Shown: piece by piece, positions 1-11,626 of the stretch
Numbering within the stretch: position 1 is the stretch's first letter
How the letters are laid out: each line of letters opens with the position of its first letter
Made by a program: the position numbers and the translations under genes
The notes under the pieces: generated by a model
The model's database searches: none
What the model saw: only the letters and a program-made list of their open reading frames with translations
Told to the model about the DNA's origin: nothing
Origin: an uncultured Pseudomonadota bacterium
GTDB taxonomy: Bacteria; Oederibacteriota; Muellerivitia; Muellerivitales; Muellerivitaceae
Assembly: GCA_963843375.1 (NCBI GenBank)
Contig: CAWJKT010000011.1
Coordinates: 64,001-128,000 of the forward strand
DNA: 64,000 bases
Direction of reading: 5' to 3'

Positions 1-1
1 T

Positions 2-208
2 TATTGGGAGGCCGATTTTCCCAAGGGCGCCTACCTAATTTTTGGGAAGGAAACGGCGGGGCTGCCCAAAAAGTTCTACGAAGAATATAAGGAAAAGTTG
101 TATCGTATCCCGCAAAAGGATGATTCCATTCGAAGCCTCAATCTTTCCACATCCGTCGGGATCGTTTTATATGAGGCCCTACGGAAGTCCACGAGGAGCT
201 TGAAATGA
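2..208 (+). CDS. trmL: tRNA (cytidine/uridine-34 2'-O)-methyltransferase, 3' end (5'-truncated by the window)
   Basis: Manual translation from base 2: YWEADFPKGAYLIFGKETAGLP...YRIPQ...IRSLNLSTSVGIVLYEALR*. Contains the SPOUT motifs FGxETxGLP and RSLNLS. The stop overlaps the next ATG (ATGA). Not in the ORF track. Confidence 0.9.
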   Translation, partial: YWEADFPKGAYLIFGKETAGLPKKFYEEYKEKLYRIPQKDDSIRSLNLSTSVGIVLYEALRKSTRSLK

Positions 209-555
209 AAAAAGCCACTTTTTTCCAAAGGGCTATTGCCGAACTAATTGATTTTGTCGTTTTCGGGGCCTTGGGTTTCTTTCTCTTGCATCCCGGATTC
301 ATGCTCTTATTGGTGGCTTATGAAACTTTCCTGGTTTCACAGTGGGATGGCTATACGGTTGGGAAGAAAATCATGGGATTGCGGGTGGTGACGGTAACCG
401 GATCCCCGTTAGATGTCAAAAAGGCCTTTATCCGGGCTATCAGCAAAGTCCTCTCTTTCGCGGTTTTTTTCCTGGGTTTTATTTGGATGCTCGTGGATCC
501 CCAATTCCAAACTTGGCACGATAAGCTGGCCGAGACCAATGTAGTGGAAGGCTAA
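205..555 (+). CDS. RDD family membrane protein
   Basis: RAIAELID, TVGKKIMGLRVV and QTWHDKLAET motifs; hydrophobic segments. Confidence 0.9.
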   Translation: MKKATFFQRAIAELIDFVVFGALGFFLLHPGFMLLLVAYETFLVSQWDGYTVGKKIMGLRVVTVTGSPLDVKKAFIRAISKVLSFAVFFLGFIWMLVDPQFQTWHDKLAETNVVEG

Positions 556-599
556 TTTTAGATGGACTGGCGGCCCAGGGAGTATTCCTGGCTTAAAGC

Positions 600-1760
600 C
601 TAAAGCCCGCCTTCTTCATTTAAACCGGGGTCACCAAGGGAATTTAACCCGCCGATGGCGTAAAGGGCGTTGTTCACTGCAACCGTTTGGAAACCGGCCC
701 GCTTGACCGGCATGGGGCATCGTGAGGTCCAAGTGTCAGAGGTCGGGTTGTAAGCGTAAACGGTGGGGAAACTAGTATCCACCGGATCGGTCACATCGCT
801 GAAGGCGTATAAAATCCCGTTCACGACGAGTCCATTTCCCGCCCCGCCGAAAGGTACGTTGCTTTTATAAGTCCAACTGTTTGAACCGGAATTGTAAGCC
901 GCCATCAAGCTTGTTGGGCCACTACTGGTGATTCCCCCAAAAACATAGAGGGTACCATTCAGCACCGCCACGCCTATGCCCGCAACGCCAGTCCCGAGCC
1001 CCGCAATGAGGTCGTTCCAAGTTCCGGTGGAGGGGTTGAAGGCCTCCACAACGCCTAAATAGCCGCCCTGATTGCCCGTAATGGCTGTGTTATAACCACC
1101 GATCACATAAATGATACCGTTGAGGACGGTCGCGCTGGCTTTGGTTCGTGGAGTGAAGCCGTCATTATTTCCATATCCCCATGAATTGGAAGAAGCTACA
1201 TAGCCTTGGACATATCCCGAAACATTCGTACCATCGTCCCCGCCAAAAAAATAAATATTGTTGTTGGAAACGGCGCAGGCTGGATATTCAACCGATGACA
1301 ACATGGAAGGAAGTTCCGTCCAAACATTCGTTCCGGGATTATAAGATTCCAAATAGCCGAGGGCCACGTCCGTGGACCCGCCGGTTTGAGGACCATCGCC
1401 GCCGCCCACATAAATGATCCCATTCGATTGCCCTATCCCAAAGCCCTGTCTTTTATCCGGCATGGAGGCTTGGGTGCTCCAAGAAATACAACTCTGAGTG
1501 GGAGTGGAGGTCGGAATTAAAGTTCCCGTGTGCGTCAAGGTAGGAGAGAAAGTTGGACTAGGCGTAAAAAGGGCCCCTGTGGGCGTTGGGGTGGTTGTGG
1601 CGATGAACCCGGGAGTGTTGGTGAAGGGTATGGGCAAGGGTGTCGTCAGAATCGGGGGGAGCGAGGAATAGGGGCCGGATGTTGTATGCGAACAAGAAGC
1701 CATAAAAACCATAAGGCCGAGGGAAAAAACCAAGAGAAAAACCGAAAGCCAAATTTTCAT
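600..1760 (-). CDS. Kelch-repeat beta-propeller lipoprotein with Thr/Pro-rich linker
   Basis: Signal peptide ending FMASC (lipobox-like), TPTPT linker, repeated IYVxGG...E/AYNP.TxxW Kelch units. Confidence 0.85.
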   Translation of the reverse strand: MKIWLSVFLLVFSLGLMVFMASCSHTTSGPYSSLPPILTTPLPIPFTNTPGFIATTTPTPTGALFTPSPTFSPTLTHTGTLIPTSTPTQSCISWSTQASMPDKRQGFGIGQSNGIIYVGGGDGPQTGGSTDVALGYLESYNPGTNVWTELPSMLSSVEYPACAVSNNNIYFFGGDDGTNVSGYVQGYVASSNSWGYGNNDGFTPRTKASATVLNGIIYVIGGYNTAITGNQGGYLGVVEAFNPSTGTWNDLIAGLGTGVAGIGVAVLNGTLYVFGGITSSGPTSLMAAYNSGSNSWTYKSNVPFGGAGNGLVVNGILYAFSDVTDPVDTSFPTVYAYNPTSDTWTSRCPMPVKRAGFQTVAVNNALYAIGGLNSLGDPGLNEEGGL

Positions 1761-1936
1761 GATGATTTACCTTCGATATTCCCGAGTCCAATAGGGAAAA
1801 GGCCGTTGAAAAGGGACCGTTTTTTTGTTTGGGTAAAGATTTCTATAATTATCCGTCCGTGCCTCCTAAAGGTAAAGAAGGCTTGCCCAACCTTGGGGGA
1901 CCCCCGTGTTTTTGCCCTATTGCCCATTGATTCAAA

Positions 1937-4102
1937 ATGACTTTTCCGGCAAGCTGGCGTTTCGTGAAGTTCAAGCCTCTCTTCTTCTTTGTCCTTCTTT
2001 TTGTAATCCTCGGCATGGGGTGGTGGATGGATTCTAAAAATAACACCGGTTCTTTCGAATACACCAACCGGCTTATCCACGAGAAAAGCCCCTATCTCCT
2101 CCAGCACGCCCACAACCCGGTGGATTGGTACCCCTGGGGCGAGGAAGCTTTTGAGAAATCTAAGAAAGAAAACAAGCCTATTTTCCTTTCCATCGGCTAT
2201 TCGACCTGCCATTGGTGCCACGTGATGGAGCACGAGAGCTTCGAGAACGAGACTATCGCGAAAATCATGAACGCTCATTTCGTCTGTATCAAGGTGGATC
2301 GGGAGGAACGGCCCGATGTGGACCAGATCTACATGAACGCGGTCATGGCCCTGACGGGCCAGGGCGGCTGGCCTTTGAACGTTTTTTTGACACCCGAGTT
2401 GAAACCTTTTTATGGTGGAACCTATTTCGCGCCCGACGCCCGCTATGGAAGGCCTGGGTTTCCGGTGGTGCTGGAGGATATCGCCCGGGTCTGGAAAACC
2501 CAGCCCGACCAGGTAGAAAAGGCCGGGAAACAATTGGCCGAGATGCTGAACAATCCGAACAAGGATACCTCGGGCGGTCCGATGACGGAGGCGGTTATAA
2601 AAGAAGCCCTGCAAAATCTTAAACAGGGGTTTGACCCTCACGAAGGCGGTTTCCGGGGAGCGCCCAAGTTTCCCCCTTCCATGGCCTTGCAATTCCTTTT
2701 GCGGGTTTACCAGAAAACCGCAGACAAGAATCTCTTGCCCATGGTGGAACTAACCTTGGACAAGATGGCCCAGGGCGGTATCTACGACCAGGTGGGCGGG
2801 GGCTTCTCCCGCTATTCCACCGACGACGAATGGCTGGTGCCGCATTTCGAGAAAATGCTCTACGATAACGCGCTGCTTTCCCGGGCCTATTTGGAAGCCT
2901 ATCAGGTGACGGGCCAAGAGGAATACGCACGAATAGCCCGGGAAATTTTTGCCTATCTTTTCCGGGACATGACCGACAAGGAAGGCGGTTTTTACAGCGC
3001 CGAGGACGCCGACAGCGAGGGGGTAGAAGGGAAGTTCTATGTTTGGACCCCGGCGGATTTGAAAAAAATACTTGGGGATAAGGACGGCGGGGATTTTTGC
3101 AAACTTTACGGCGTAACCGAAAAGGGCAATTTCGAGGGACATAATATTCTCCATTTAAAAGGCAGTTTGCCCGAATCCTTGAAGGTTATCTGGAAGGATG
3201 AAAGGTGGTGGGAAGGGGTGAGGGAGAAGGTGCTGGCTGATCGTTCGAAGCGCATCCGACCCCACTTGGACGACAAGATTCTCACAGCCTGGAACAGCTT
3301 GATGATTTCCTCCCTGGCTTACGGTTACCAGGTACTGGGGGACCCGCGATATTTGGAAGCCGCCGAAAAGGCCTCCGACTTCATCAATCGTAACCTTTTT
3401 AGCAATGGACGACTGTTAGCTTCCTACCGCCAGGGCCCGTCCAACGTCCAAGGCTATATCGACGACTACGCTTTCTTCCAGGAAGCCCAGCTGAATCTTT
3501 ACGAGAGCACTTTTAATCCCGCTTATTTAAGGAAAGCCATCGACCTGGAAAAGGATATGGTCCGGCTCTTCTGGGACGACAAAGCCGGGGGATACTTCTT
3601 TACGGGAAGCGACCAGAAGGACGCCCAGCGGTTATTGACCCGCACCAAAGAGGCTTATGACGGGGTTATCCCCTCGGGCAACTCGGTGGCGGCCTTGAAC
3701 GACTACCGCCTGGCGGAATTCACCAGCCAAAAGGAATATCGGGAACGGGCGGACAGCATCCTGAAAGCCTTCTCGGGCCTTCTATCAAGGGGCGCGTCCA
3801 ACTTCAGCAAGATGCTGCAGGCCTTCCAATTCGACTTTTACGGACCCGCGGAAATCTTCGTCGTGGGGCCGAAAGTCGAATCCGAAAAGACTCTCCGGCT
3901 CTTGTGGAAAGCCTACCTTCCCAACAAGGTTCTGGTCTTTGCCGAAGATAGTCTGGGGAACACTCTGGGCGCCCTCGTTCCCTGGACCCAGGGGCGCCCA
4001 AGCCAAAAGGACCAGCCGACGGTTTACGTCTGTCGAAATTTCCAATGCCAATTGCCCACGACTGATATTAAGACGGCCTTTAAACAACTTGACCAACCGT
4101 AA
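1937..4102 (+). CDS. YyaL/SSP411-type thioredoxin-domain protein with (alpha/alpha)6 barrel
   Basis: [55 protein letters not shown]. The start could be later (Met31). Confidence 0.95.
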   Translation: MTFPASWRFVKFKPLFFFVLLFVILGMGWWMDSKNNTGSFEYTNRLIHEKSPYLLQHAHNPVDWYPWGEEAFEKSKKENKPIFLSIGYSTCHWCHVMEHESFENETIAKIMNAHFVCIKVDREERPDVDQIYMNAVMALTGQGGWPLNVFLTPELKPFYGGTYFAPDARYGRPGFPVVLEDIARVWKTQPDQVEKAGKQLAEMLNNPNKDTSGGPMTEAVIKEALQNLKQGFDPHEGGFRGAPKFPPSMALQFLLRVYQKTADKNLLPMVELTLDKMAQGGIYDQVGGGFSRYSTDDEWLVPHFEKMLYDNALLSRAYLEAYQVTGQEEYARIAREIFAYLFRDMTDKEGGFYSAEDADSEGVEGKFYVWTPADLKKILGDKDGGDFCKLYGVTEKGNFEGHNILHLKGSLPESLKVIWKDERWWEGVREKVLADRSKRIRPHLDDKILTAWNSLMISSLAYGYQVLGDPRYLEAAEKASDFINRNLFSNGRLLASYRQGPSNVQGYIDDYAFFQEAQLNLYESTFNPAYLRKAIDLEKDMVRLFWDDKAGGYFFTGSDQKDAQRLLTRTKEAYDGVIPSGNSVAALNDYRLAEFTSQKEYRERADSILKAFSGLLSRGASNFSKMLQAFQFDFYGPAEIFVVGPKVESEKTLRLLWKAYLPNKVLVFAEDSLGNTLGALVPWTQGRPSQKDQPTVYVCRNFQCQLPTTDIKTAFKQLDQP

Positions 4103-4193
4103 CCTTCAAAAAATTCCTTTGAGCCAAAAGCCTTTGACACTACTATGTCCGTTCGCGTTTTTGGAAGGTAATATTTTTATTCAAGGAGAAGAA

Positions 4194-5087
4194 ATGAAAC
4201 TTTTTTTTATTTTGATAGGGTTGCTGTTACTTGGCCCAACCGTCTGGGCTGACGATACAGCTCCGGCCGCGGATGCCGCGACGCCGGTTTCAACTCCCAG
4301 TCCCGCCCCGACACCCACCAATATCTGGAAAAAACAAGTCCTCACCAACCTGACCCTGAACCAGGCTTCTTTTAATAATTGGGCCCAAGGGGGAACCAAT
4401 ATGATTTCCTGGCAGGCCGGTTTGAACGCACGAATTGAAAACGACAATCCGGGGACCAACTGGCTCAACAGCATCAAACTTCAATATGGTTTGACTTATT
4501 CGGAAAACCAGGGAACCCAAATTTCTTCGGACAATATCGATTTAGAAAGCCTTTTTACCTTGAAGGTATGGAAGGACTTGAATCCCTATCTTTCCTTTTC
4601 CGCCCAGAGCCAGTTCGGGCCCGGTTACAACTATTCGGCCACCCCGGCGGTTGAGATCTCCGATTTCCTGGATCCCGGATATTTTACCGAGAGCGCCGGG
4701 TTTAAATACGCCCCCGCCACCATTTTCTATACCCGGGCGGGCTTGGGTGTTAAGGAAACCGTGGCCAACCAGTTTGAAATCCCCTATACGGTGAATCCAA
4801 GCACAGGCCAAACTTCCCGCGAACTTACCCAACTGGGTTTGGATTGGGTTTCGGAATTGAACGTCAACCTGCTGGACAATTCCAATTTTGATACCAAGCT
4901 GGACACTTTTTGGCCCGGTGGATCCTTGGGCCTGACGGTGGCGGAATGGGACAACCTATTGAGCTTCAAATTAAACAAAATCTTCAGTTTAAATATGGAA
5001 GATGATTTCCGGTACGACAAAGAGGTTTATAACGGGATTCAAATCAAGGAAACCCTGGGATTGGCTGTCAATTACTCACTTTTATAA
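4194..5087 (+). CDS. DUF3078-like outer-membrane beta-barrel protein
   Basis: GGAGAAG RBS then ATG at 4194; signal peptide; NQASFNNWAQGG motif; terminal beta strand QIKETLGLAVNY. Confidence 0.75.
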   Translation: MKLFFILIGLLLLGPTVWADDTAPAADAATPVSTPSPAPTPTNIWKKQVLTNLTLNQASFNNWAQGGTNMISWQAGLNARIENDNPGTNWLNSIKLQYGLTYSENQGTQISSDNIDLESLFTLKVWKDLNPYLSFSAQSQFGPGYNYSATPAVEISDFLDPGYFTESAGFKYAPATIFYTRAGLGVKETVANQFEIPYTVNPSTGQTSRELTQLGLDWVSELNVNLLDNSNFDTKLDTFWPGGSLGLTVAEWDNLLSFKLNKIFSLNMEDDFRYDKEVYNGIQIKETLGLAVNYSLL

Positions 5088-5117
5088 GTCAAAATATTCA
5101 TTCGAAAGGAGTTTGCC

Positions 5118-5534
5118 ATGGGAATGATAAAAGAGTTTAAAGAATTCGCGGTGAAGGGAAATATGGTTGACTTGGCGGTAGGTATTATCATCGGTGGAGC
5201 TTTCGGGAAAGTGGTTTCGTCCATCGTGGCGGATGTTCTCATGCCGCCGTTGGGGTTGCTAATCGGCGGATTCAATTTCACCGACATCAAAATTAAATTA
5301 AAAGAAGCTGTTCTGGACGCCACGGGAAAACCCACCCATGACCCGGTAACCCTGAATATCGGCAATTTCATCCAATCGCTTGTTGATTTCACTATCGTCG
5401 CCTTTGCGGTATTCCTCCTGGTAAAGGCCATCAATAGCATGCATCGCAAGGCCGAGGAGGCGCCCGTGGAGGCCCCCCCGACCAAACAAGAGGAACTGTT
5501 GGCGGAAATTAGGGACTTGCTGAAGAAGAAATAG
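5118..5534 (+). CDS. mscL: large-conductance mechanosensitive channel
   Basis: [32 protein letters not shown] and [12 protein letters not shown]. Confidence 0.98.
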   Translation: MGMIKEFKEFAVKGNMVDLAVGIIIGGAFGKVVSSIVADVLMPPLGLLIGGFNFTDIKIKLKEAVLDATGKPTHDPVTLNIGNFIQSLVDFTIVAFAVFLLVKAINSMHRKAEEAPVEAPPTKQEELLAEIRDLLKKK

Positions 5535-5542
5535 AGGAGCCT

Positions 5543-6378
5543 TTGCGAACCGTAGATTTTTGTCTGGAGAGCGCACAAAAACGGGAAATCTGGGGGACTT
5601 TGACGATCCCTGAAAAAATCCTAGGGCCTCCGGTGATCATGGCCCATGGTTTTTTGGGCTTCAAGGATTGGGCTTTCTTTCCGTGGCTCGCCGGTTTCCT
5701 CGCGGAATCGGGGTTTCCGGCAGTCCGGTTTAATTTTTCGGGTTCGGGCATGGGGCCCCAAACCGACGGGCCCTTCGAAAACTTGGAAGCTTTCGAAAAC
5801 GATTCAATTACCCAACAAGTGGAAGACCTCCACTCGGTCATCGCCTGCGTAGCCGCCGGCAAGCTGGAACCCGACTTGTCCGCGCAAAAGGACGTCCTTC
5901 TTTGGGGCCATTCGCGGGGCGGGGCCGTTTGTTTTTTGGCCGCCGCCCACCATCCCTACGGTCCGGGGCGTGGCCACCTGGGCCACCATCGCCCGGGTGA
6001 ACCGCTATCTTTTCGACGTCAAACAAGCCTGGCGAAAACAGGGTTTTTCGCCCGTTGAAAGTTCCCGGACCGGCCAGATGTTGAAATACTCCACCCATTT
6101 CCTGGAGGACGCCGAGAAATGGGGGAAGGAAGGGTGACGTTCCGACCTTCCTTCATCACCTGCAAATCCCCGTACTCTTGGTCCATGGCTCGGAGGATAC
6201 CAGCGTGCTTCCCGAAGAATCGGAAAGCCTGGCGGCGGTGCATCCCCAAGCCCAGTTGGCCATCCTGGCCGGGGCCAACCACAAGTTCAACGCCTCCCAC
6301 CCTTTTACCCGTCCCCCCGCCGTCCTGGTGGAAGCCGCCCAAAAGACCCTTGAGTTTTACCAGGGCCTCAAAAGCTAA
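5543..6378 (+). CDS. alpha/beta hydrolase, interrupted by two +1 frameshifts (~5955, ~6133)
   Basis: HGFLGFKDW, GHSRGG nucleophile elbow. Shifted frames continue as VRGVATWATI... and then PVLLVHGSED...GANHKF, completing the Ser-Asp-His triad. Confidence 0.85.
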
Positions 6379-6401
6379 AGGCCGTTAGAATGGATCGTCT
6401 C

Positions 6402-7084
6402 ATGAAGAAGATCGATTTCCCAATCCCTTCATTTTCAATTAAAAGATTTTCCTGGTTTCTCCCGGAAAAATCTTTCCGCCCTCGAGCGCTATTACCGTGA
6501 CCAGTTGGACGCCCACCAGTCCCCGGAAAAAAGGGTGGGGTGGAATACGGCCCACAGCCAGCAGGTTCGTTTTGAAGCCATGGCGGGCATTGGGAAATTG
6601 GACGGCGCGAAAATTCTGGACGTGGGCTGCGGATTGGGGGCCTTTTGGGGTTATTTGAAAAAGAATAAAATAAGAGCCGATTATACGGGGGTCGATTTGT
6701 TTCCCGAACGTCATCGCGGAGGCCCAAAAACTTTATCCGGAAGCCCATTTTGAGGCCAGGGTTTTGACCGCCCGGCCTTTTAGGCCTGGGGCTTTTGATT
6801 ACGCCTTTCTTTCCGGCGTTTTCAACGTGAAGGTCCGGGATAATTGGAAATATATGAAGGCCATCCTGGCGGCGGTCCTCCGGCAAACCCGAAAGGCCGT
6901 GGCTTTTAACGTCTTGAGCGCGGACGCGGGTATCCGGGAGGCCAACCGTTTCACGGCCGATCCCAAGCAATTGGTGGCTTTGGGGCGGAAACTGGGGGTG
7001 TCCCGTGTCCACCTCTTCGATCATTACCACCATTTGGATTTGACCCTTTATTTGTCAAGTAATTCCCGGTACTATGTCTTTTAA
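6402..7084 (+). CDS. class I SAM-dependent methyltransferase, interrupted by +1 frameshifts (~6420-6480, ~6704)
   Basis: VGW...SQQVRFE, ILDVGCGLG, YTGVDL; the shifted frame continues to FDYAFLSGVFN and AVAFNVLS. Confidence 0.85.
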
Positions 7085-7102
7085 TACCGAAAAGAGCGTC
7101 CT

Positions 7103-7889
7103 ATGATTCAAATTCAACTACCAAAGGGATATTCAATGCCGGTGCTGGGCCTGGGTACCTGGGACCTGAGGGGGAATGACTGCGTTTCAGCCGTCAAGGA
7201 AGCGCTTCATATGGGTTACCGGCATATCGACACCGCCGAGATGTACGGAAACGAGGCGGAAATCGGGCGGGCATTGAAGGCCTCGGGCGTTCCCCGAAGG
7301 GAACTCTTCATCACCACGAAGGTTTGGACCAACCATCACCGCGCTGCGGATTTTAAAAAAGCGGCCGAAGCCTCCCTGAGCCGCCTGGGGCTTTCATCCG
7401 TAGACCTCCTCCTGATCCATTGGCCCAATCCCGCCGTGCCCCTGGAGGAAACACTGAAAGCCCTCTGCCAATTGGCCCAGGAAGGAAAGGCCCTTTCCAT
7501 CGGCGTTAGCAATTTTTCCGCGGCTCTTCTGAAAGAGGCGGTTTCCCTGGCAACGGTTCCCATCGCCTGCGACCAGGTTCCCTATAGCATCATGGATAAT
7601 CAGAAGGACTTCCTCGCCTATGCCAGGTCCCAAGGCGTTTCGGTTTGCGCCTATACGCCTCTGGGAAAGGGGGCATTTCTCAATCGCCCGGAACTATTGG
7701 AGGTTTCTCAAAAGTACGGAAAAACCCCGGCGCAGGTATCCCTTCGCTGGTTAGTCCAGCAAAAAGGGGTGGCGGCTATCCCGAAGGCGTCGGGAGTGAA
7801 ACATCTGAAAGGAAAATATCGGGATTTTCGACTTCAACCTAGATCCCCTGGATCTCCAGCTTTTAACAAACTTCATAAATAGATTTTGA
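7103..7889 (+). CDS. aldo/keto reductase (2,5-DKG reductase-like); probable +1 frameshift near 7810
   Basis: LGLGTW, GYRHIDTAEMY, LFITTKVW, DLLLIHWP, SIGVSNF, AIPK. The +1 frame restores the canonical ENIGIFDFNL tail. Confidence 0.92.
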
Positions 7890-7921
7890 AAATTCCTTCC
7901 GTTCAAAAGTAAGATGGGGCC

Positions 7922-9341
7922 ATGAACAAGCCAAAGAGATGGGTCGGTTTTCTTCTGATACCCCTAGCCCTGTTTGGTCTCGGGCTGCGCCACGACCTCG
8001 TCGCTGATGGTTCCGGTGAGGCCCGCGCCCCTGCATACCCTAAACGCTCCTCCGCCCGCCCGGCTTCGCATTCCCGTGGTGGTTTCCCTGCCCAAGCTTT
8101 CTACCGTGGAAAAACATTTGGCTGAATTCGTGAAAGCGGATTTGGCCAAAGCCGAAAAATCCCTGACGAAAAGCCTGGGCGCCACCGTTTGGTGGGACCC
8201 TTTGGCCTGGGAATTCAACGGCAACAGCCTGACCGCCCATTTGCATGTTCACTATAAAAATTCCAACGGCACCAAACCCGCCGATCAGGAAGCATCCCTC
8301 CTGCGGGAAATAGAGAAGGACGCTCAAGTGGACCTGGCCTCCGTTCTTCAATGGAACAAGGACTGGCACCTGGAAGCTCCCAACTTCGCCGAACCCGATT
8401 CAAAATCCGAATCCGAGACAGCCGCCACCCCGGAAGAAGAAACAGATAACTCCAAGGGAACCAAGCTTCTTCGCAAGGGAACGTCCAAGTTCCATGAGGC
8501 CCTGAAAAAAGCCACCGACCTCAGGGAAAAAGCCAAGGAAATGTGGGAAAAAATCCAGGAACCCATCCGAATGGCTGAGGATACCTGGCTCCAGGTGAAA
8601 CCCGATCGAGTCAGCGTAGGATCCTACCGGTTGATCCCCGATCCCCTTTCACCGAGGCTGGAGACCGTTTTTGAGGTGATCGCCCAACCCAACGTTTACA
8701 TTGGTGAAAAACCCCGCCCGGTCATCTCCAAACTGCCGCCCATCCAGGATTTTCAGCCCGGCCCGGAGGGCTTCCACATCGAAACCAATTTGAAGATTAA
8801 ATTCACCGAGGTTAACAAACTCCTCATCGATCCCAAAACCGGAATCTTGAACAAGGTTCTTCCGGGGAGCGGGGACCATCATCTCGTGATTACCGGCATC
8901 CGAGTTTACGGCTCAGGCGGTAAATTAGTAGTGGAAGCGCAGGTGAACTACCAACCGGTTCTCAATCTTTCATCCCAACCGGCCAAACTCACGATTTATC
9001 TCTTGGGTACGCCCACTTACCACGAGAAGGAGCAGGTCATTGATTTTCCGGATTTGGATTTCGATATCAGAACCAGCGACTTTCTGGTCCAGATGGCCGA
9101 TTTCGTCGCCGGTTCCGGTATTCGAGAGCAACTGCGCAAACAGGCGGTAATTCCGGTGGGAAAGAGCCTGGCCGATTTGAAGGCCAAACTGACCCCAATC
9201 CTGAACCGGCCCCTGGGCAGATTTGCCAAACTGCATACCACGATTACCTCGCTCAAAATGGAGGAGGCTTTCATCAGCGATTACGGGCTAGAGGGCCGCG
9301 TCGCCTTGGACGGTGATGCCTCCGTGGACGTGAACTGGTGA
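7922..9341 (+). CDS. DUF4403-like lipoprotein; +1 frameshift near 7973 separates the signal peptide
   Basis: Joining MNKPKRWVGFLLIPLAL with LVSGC gives a lipobox. Body has WEKIQEPI, WLQVKP, IYLLGTPTY and DLDFDIRT, typical of DUF4403. Confidence 0.7.
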
Positions 9342-9412
9342 AAAAACGTCAGATCATTCGGGGACTTTGAAGTTTTCGGCCCCAAAGGGCCATTTTGGTT
9401 ACCATTTAGATT

Positions 9413-9441
9413 GGAACTAATTCTTCGGTTGTCCCGTCCAA
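9413..9441 (+). promoter_or_regulatory. putative ECF-sigma promoter
   Basis: GGAAC-N17-CGTCCAA, about 35 bp upstream of the ATG at 9475. Confidence 0.55.
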
Positions 9442-9474
9442 TAGGCGTAGGTCAAATAAACCAGGAGGATGTCG

Positions 9475-9876
9475 ATGAAAAAATCAGTGGTTGTTTTAAG
9501 CGCTTTGTTTTTGTTGGGCGCCACGAGTCTTGGCCTGGCCCAGGATGCCGGCGGAAAGAATCCCAAAATGAGTCCCAAAGCCCGTTTGAAGAGGCAGCAC
9601 AAACGAATTAAGCAGGGGGTGAAGAATGGAACCATCACTCCGGCTGAACACAAGCAATTGGCCCAAGAAGGCAAAGACATTAACCAAGAACGCAAAGCGG
9701 ATTTGGCTAAGGATGGCGGAAAGCTGACCAATTCGGACCGCCAGAACCTGGAATCACAGGAGAATCTCCGCTCTGAGCAGATTTCACAGGATAAAAACGC
9801 CAATGGCGGGGCGGGTGGTTCCTCCACCGGAAGCAGCACCAGTTCTTCGGCGGGTTCCAACAACCCCACAAATTAA
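9475..9876 (+). CDS. small secreted helical hypothetical protein
   Basis: GGAGG RBS; signal peptide ending GLA-Q; RLKRQHKRIKQGVKNGTIT motif; similar to 33312..33707. Confidence 0.85.
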   Translation: MKKSVVVLSALFLLGATSLGLAQDAGGKNPKMSPKARLKRQHKRIKQGVKNGTITPAEHKQLAQEGKDINQERKADLAKDGGKLTNSDRQNLESQENLRSEQISQDKNANGGAGGSSTGSSTSSSAGSNNPTN

Positions 9877-9906
9877 TAACACCTGAAGAAATTTTGTTGT
9901 AGTTTG

Positions 9907-9936
9907 AAGGGCGGAATTTTCAATTCCGCCCTTTTT
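9907..9936 (+). terminator. rho-independent terminator
   Basis: AAGGGCGGAATT-TTC-AATTCCGCCCTT hairpin followed by a T tract. Confidence 0.85.
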
Positions 9937-10088
9937 ATATTTGAGAAAATACAATCGAGACATGGGTCCGCTTGATGCGTGAATGGCTAACCCAAGCCCG
10001 GCATGATTTTCCCCGATAGAAATTTTGGCTAAGGGGCTTGTTTCAGCGTGTTATGCTTTCCGCGTATCAATCAGACTGGAACCTTGGA

Positions 10089-11555
10089 ATGAAAACGAAC
10101 CTCTTGTTTTTCTTCGTCTTTCTGGCAGGGGCCTGTTTCGGCCCGGGGCCCCTCTATGCCTCGGAAACCCGAGTGGATTCGGCGGGCGGTCTGACGACCG
10201 TGATCGACGATGAAACCAATAACGGGGACCTTTTCCTGGACGGGAACCCCGCAGGTCTGGTGCTTTTGGCCACCCATGACCGCTTCGACTTGGCGGGCCA
10301 ATGGACCTACCTGAATACCCAGCCGGCTGTCCCGGGGGCCCAGCAGCAAAGCTTCAGCACCATATCCCGTTTGACCAATGATTCAGTCATTAAATACGAG
10401 GGGCTGATGGTTTTTCCCAATCCACATTGGGCCTTCCAGGTGGCTGGGGATTTCCTGAACCCCCAGGGTCAGGTGGACGCCAATTATCTGGCCGATACCT
10501 ACAGTACCAATCAGTATCGGTCGCTCCTACGCGCCGCTTATAACAGCGGCCCGTTCGCCTTCGGCTTGGAATTCAGTAATACCGAATTGGACAATCAATA
10601 CGATCCGGGTCTTTTCAGCCTCTACGTTGGCCAGTCTTCGGGTTCCAGCGCCGAAAACCACACCCGAGTCCGGGCCGGGATCATTTCAACTTTCCCGGAA
10701 AACGAGGACAAGGACAGCCCGCGTTGGGAAGTCGGCGGGGTTTTTGAGACCACGATTGGGGCCGACAACACCGACTCGAATTTGGACCGTTTTTTCCTGG
10801 GCTCCCCAGTCGTCAATATTCAGCAAACTTCTTCCTTGACCCAATATTATTATTTCGGCCCGGAGGTGTACTATGAGGATTCCAACCGGCTTCTGTTGAA
10901 GTTTTATTCCTTCGTCACGAACTACTACAACACTTTCAGCCAAAGCGTGAATCCAACCGGCGACGGTTTTTTGAACAGCGCTTCCACCTATATCAATTTG
11001 CAATACATCGCCATGAATAATTTTGGGACTTTCCGCCTCAGTCTTCCCTTGTCCGACAAGGAAAACCTCAAACTGGGGGGCAACTTCCAAGCCATCTTGA
11101 CGAACTCCAATATTCTCGGATCAGGCGAGAACGTCCTAAGCAATCAAAACCGACAGCAGCTTAACGGAACTTTGGGCATCGGTTTTGAATCCCCGGATAA
11201 CTACACCTGGGGACTTCAATTCATCACTCAAGGTTATGTTCACGACGACCAGACCATTTCAACCAATAATTTGACGGGCACTGACTATTCCTTTTATCAA
11301 CTGGCTTTGGGAGGCGAAAAATGGCTTTCACCTCATTTCGCCCTCCGGGGCGGCTTGGTGGTGGAAGAGGATATCTACACTGCGAACGCGGGCCTGAATG
11401 TCCTCGATACTTCGGTGACGACGGGGTTGGGTTACCAGGACAAGGGACTTAAGCTGGACGGCAAATTCATCGTTGGCCCGGTGACCGGTTTAGACGGAAC
11501 GAGTTATAAAGGCCTTTCATTGGACGGGGAAATTCAAGGAACGATTTTCTTATGA
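10089..11555 (+). CDS. outer-membrane beta-barrel, FadL/PorV-superfamily-like
   Basis: Signal peptide; N-terminal RVDSAGG...IDD...NPAGL hatch-like motif; amphipathic beta strands; ends in IFL. Confidence 0.6.
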   Translation: MKTNLLFFFVFLAGACFGPGPLYASETRVDSAGGLTTVIDDETNNGDLFLDGNPAGLVLLATHDRFDLAGQWTYLNTQPAVPGAQQQSFSTISRLTNDSVIKYEGLMVFPNPHWAFQVAGDFLNPQGQVDANYLADTYSTNQYRSLLRAAYNSGPFAFGLEFSNTELDNQYDPGLFSLYVGQSSGSSAENHTRVRAGIISTFPENEDKDSPRWEVGGVFETTIGADNTDSNLDRFFLGSPVVNIQQTSSLTQYYYFGPEVYYEDSNRLLLKFYSFVTNYYNTFSQSVNPTGDGFLNSASTYINLQYIAMNNFGTFRLSLPLSDKENLKLGGNFQAILTNSNILGSGENVLSNQNRQQLNGTLGIGFESPDNYTWGLQFITQGYVHDDQTISTNNLTGTDYSFYQLALGGEKWLSPHFALRGGLVVEEDIYTANAGLNVLDTSVTTGLGYQDKGLKLDGKFIVGPVTGLDGTSYKGLSLDGEIQGTIFL

Positions 11556-11626
11556 GAATGGAACCGATGAAAGATGAGAAAACCGGCTTAAGCAACACCC
11601 ATGGAGGGATTATCAGGGGTTTTAAA

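Noticed and set aside
1800..1935. Possible c-di-GMP-I riboswitch upstream of the Kelch gene (GGGCAAA on the minus strand)
   Set aside because: The GAAA tetraloop stem and receptor are not present. Only an Infernal scan could rescue it.
1757..2692. Long antisense or alternate-frame ORFs (also 18782..19504, 38834..39700, 43583..44371, 55370..56269, 59478..60119)
   Set aside because: They are shadows of well-supported genes, with no recognisable motifs, RBS or signal features.
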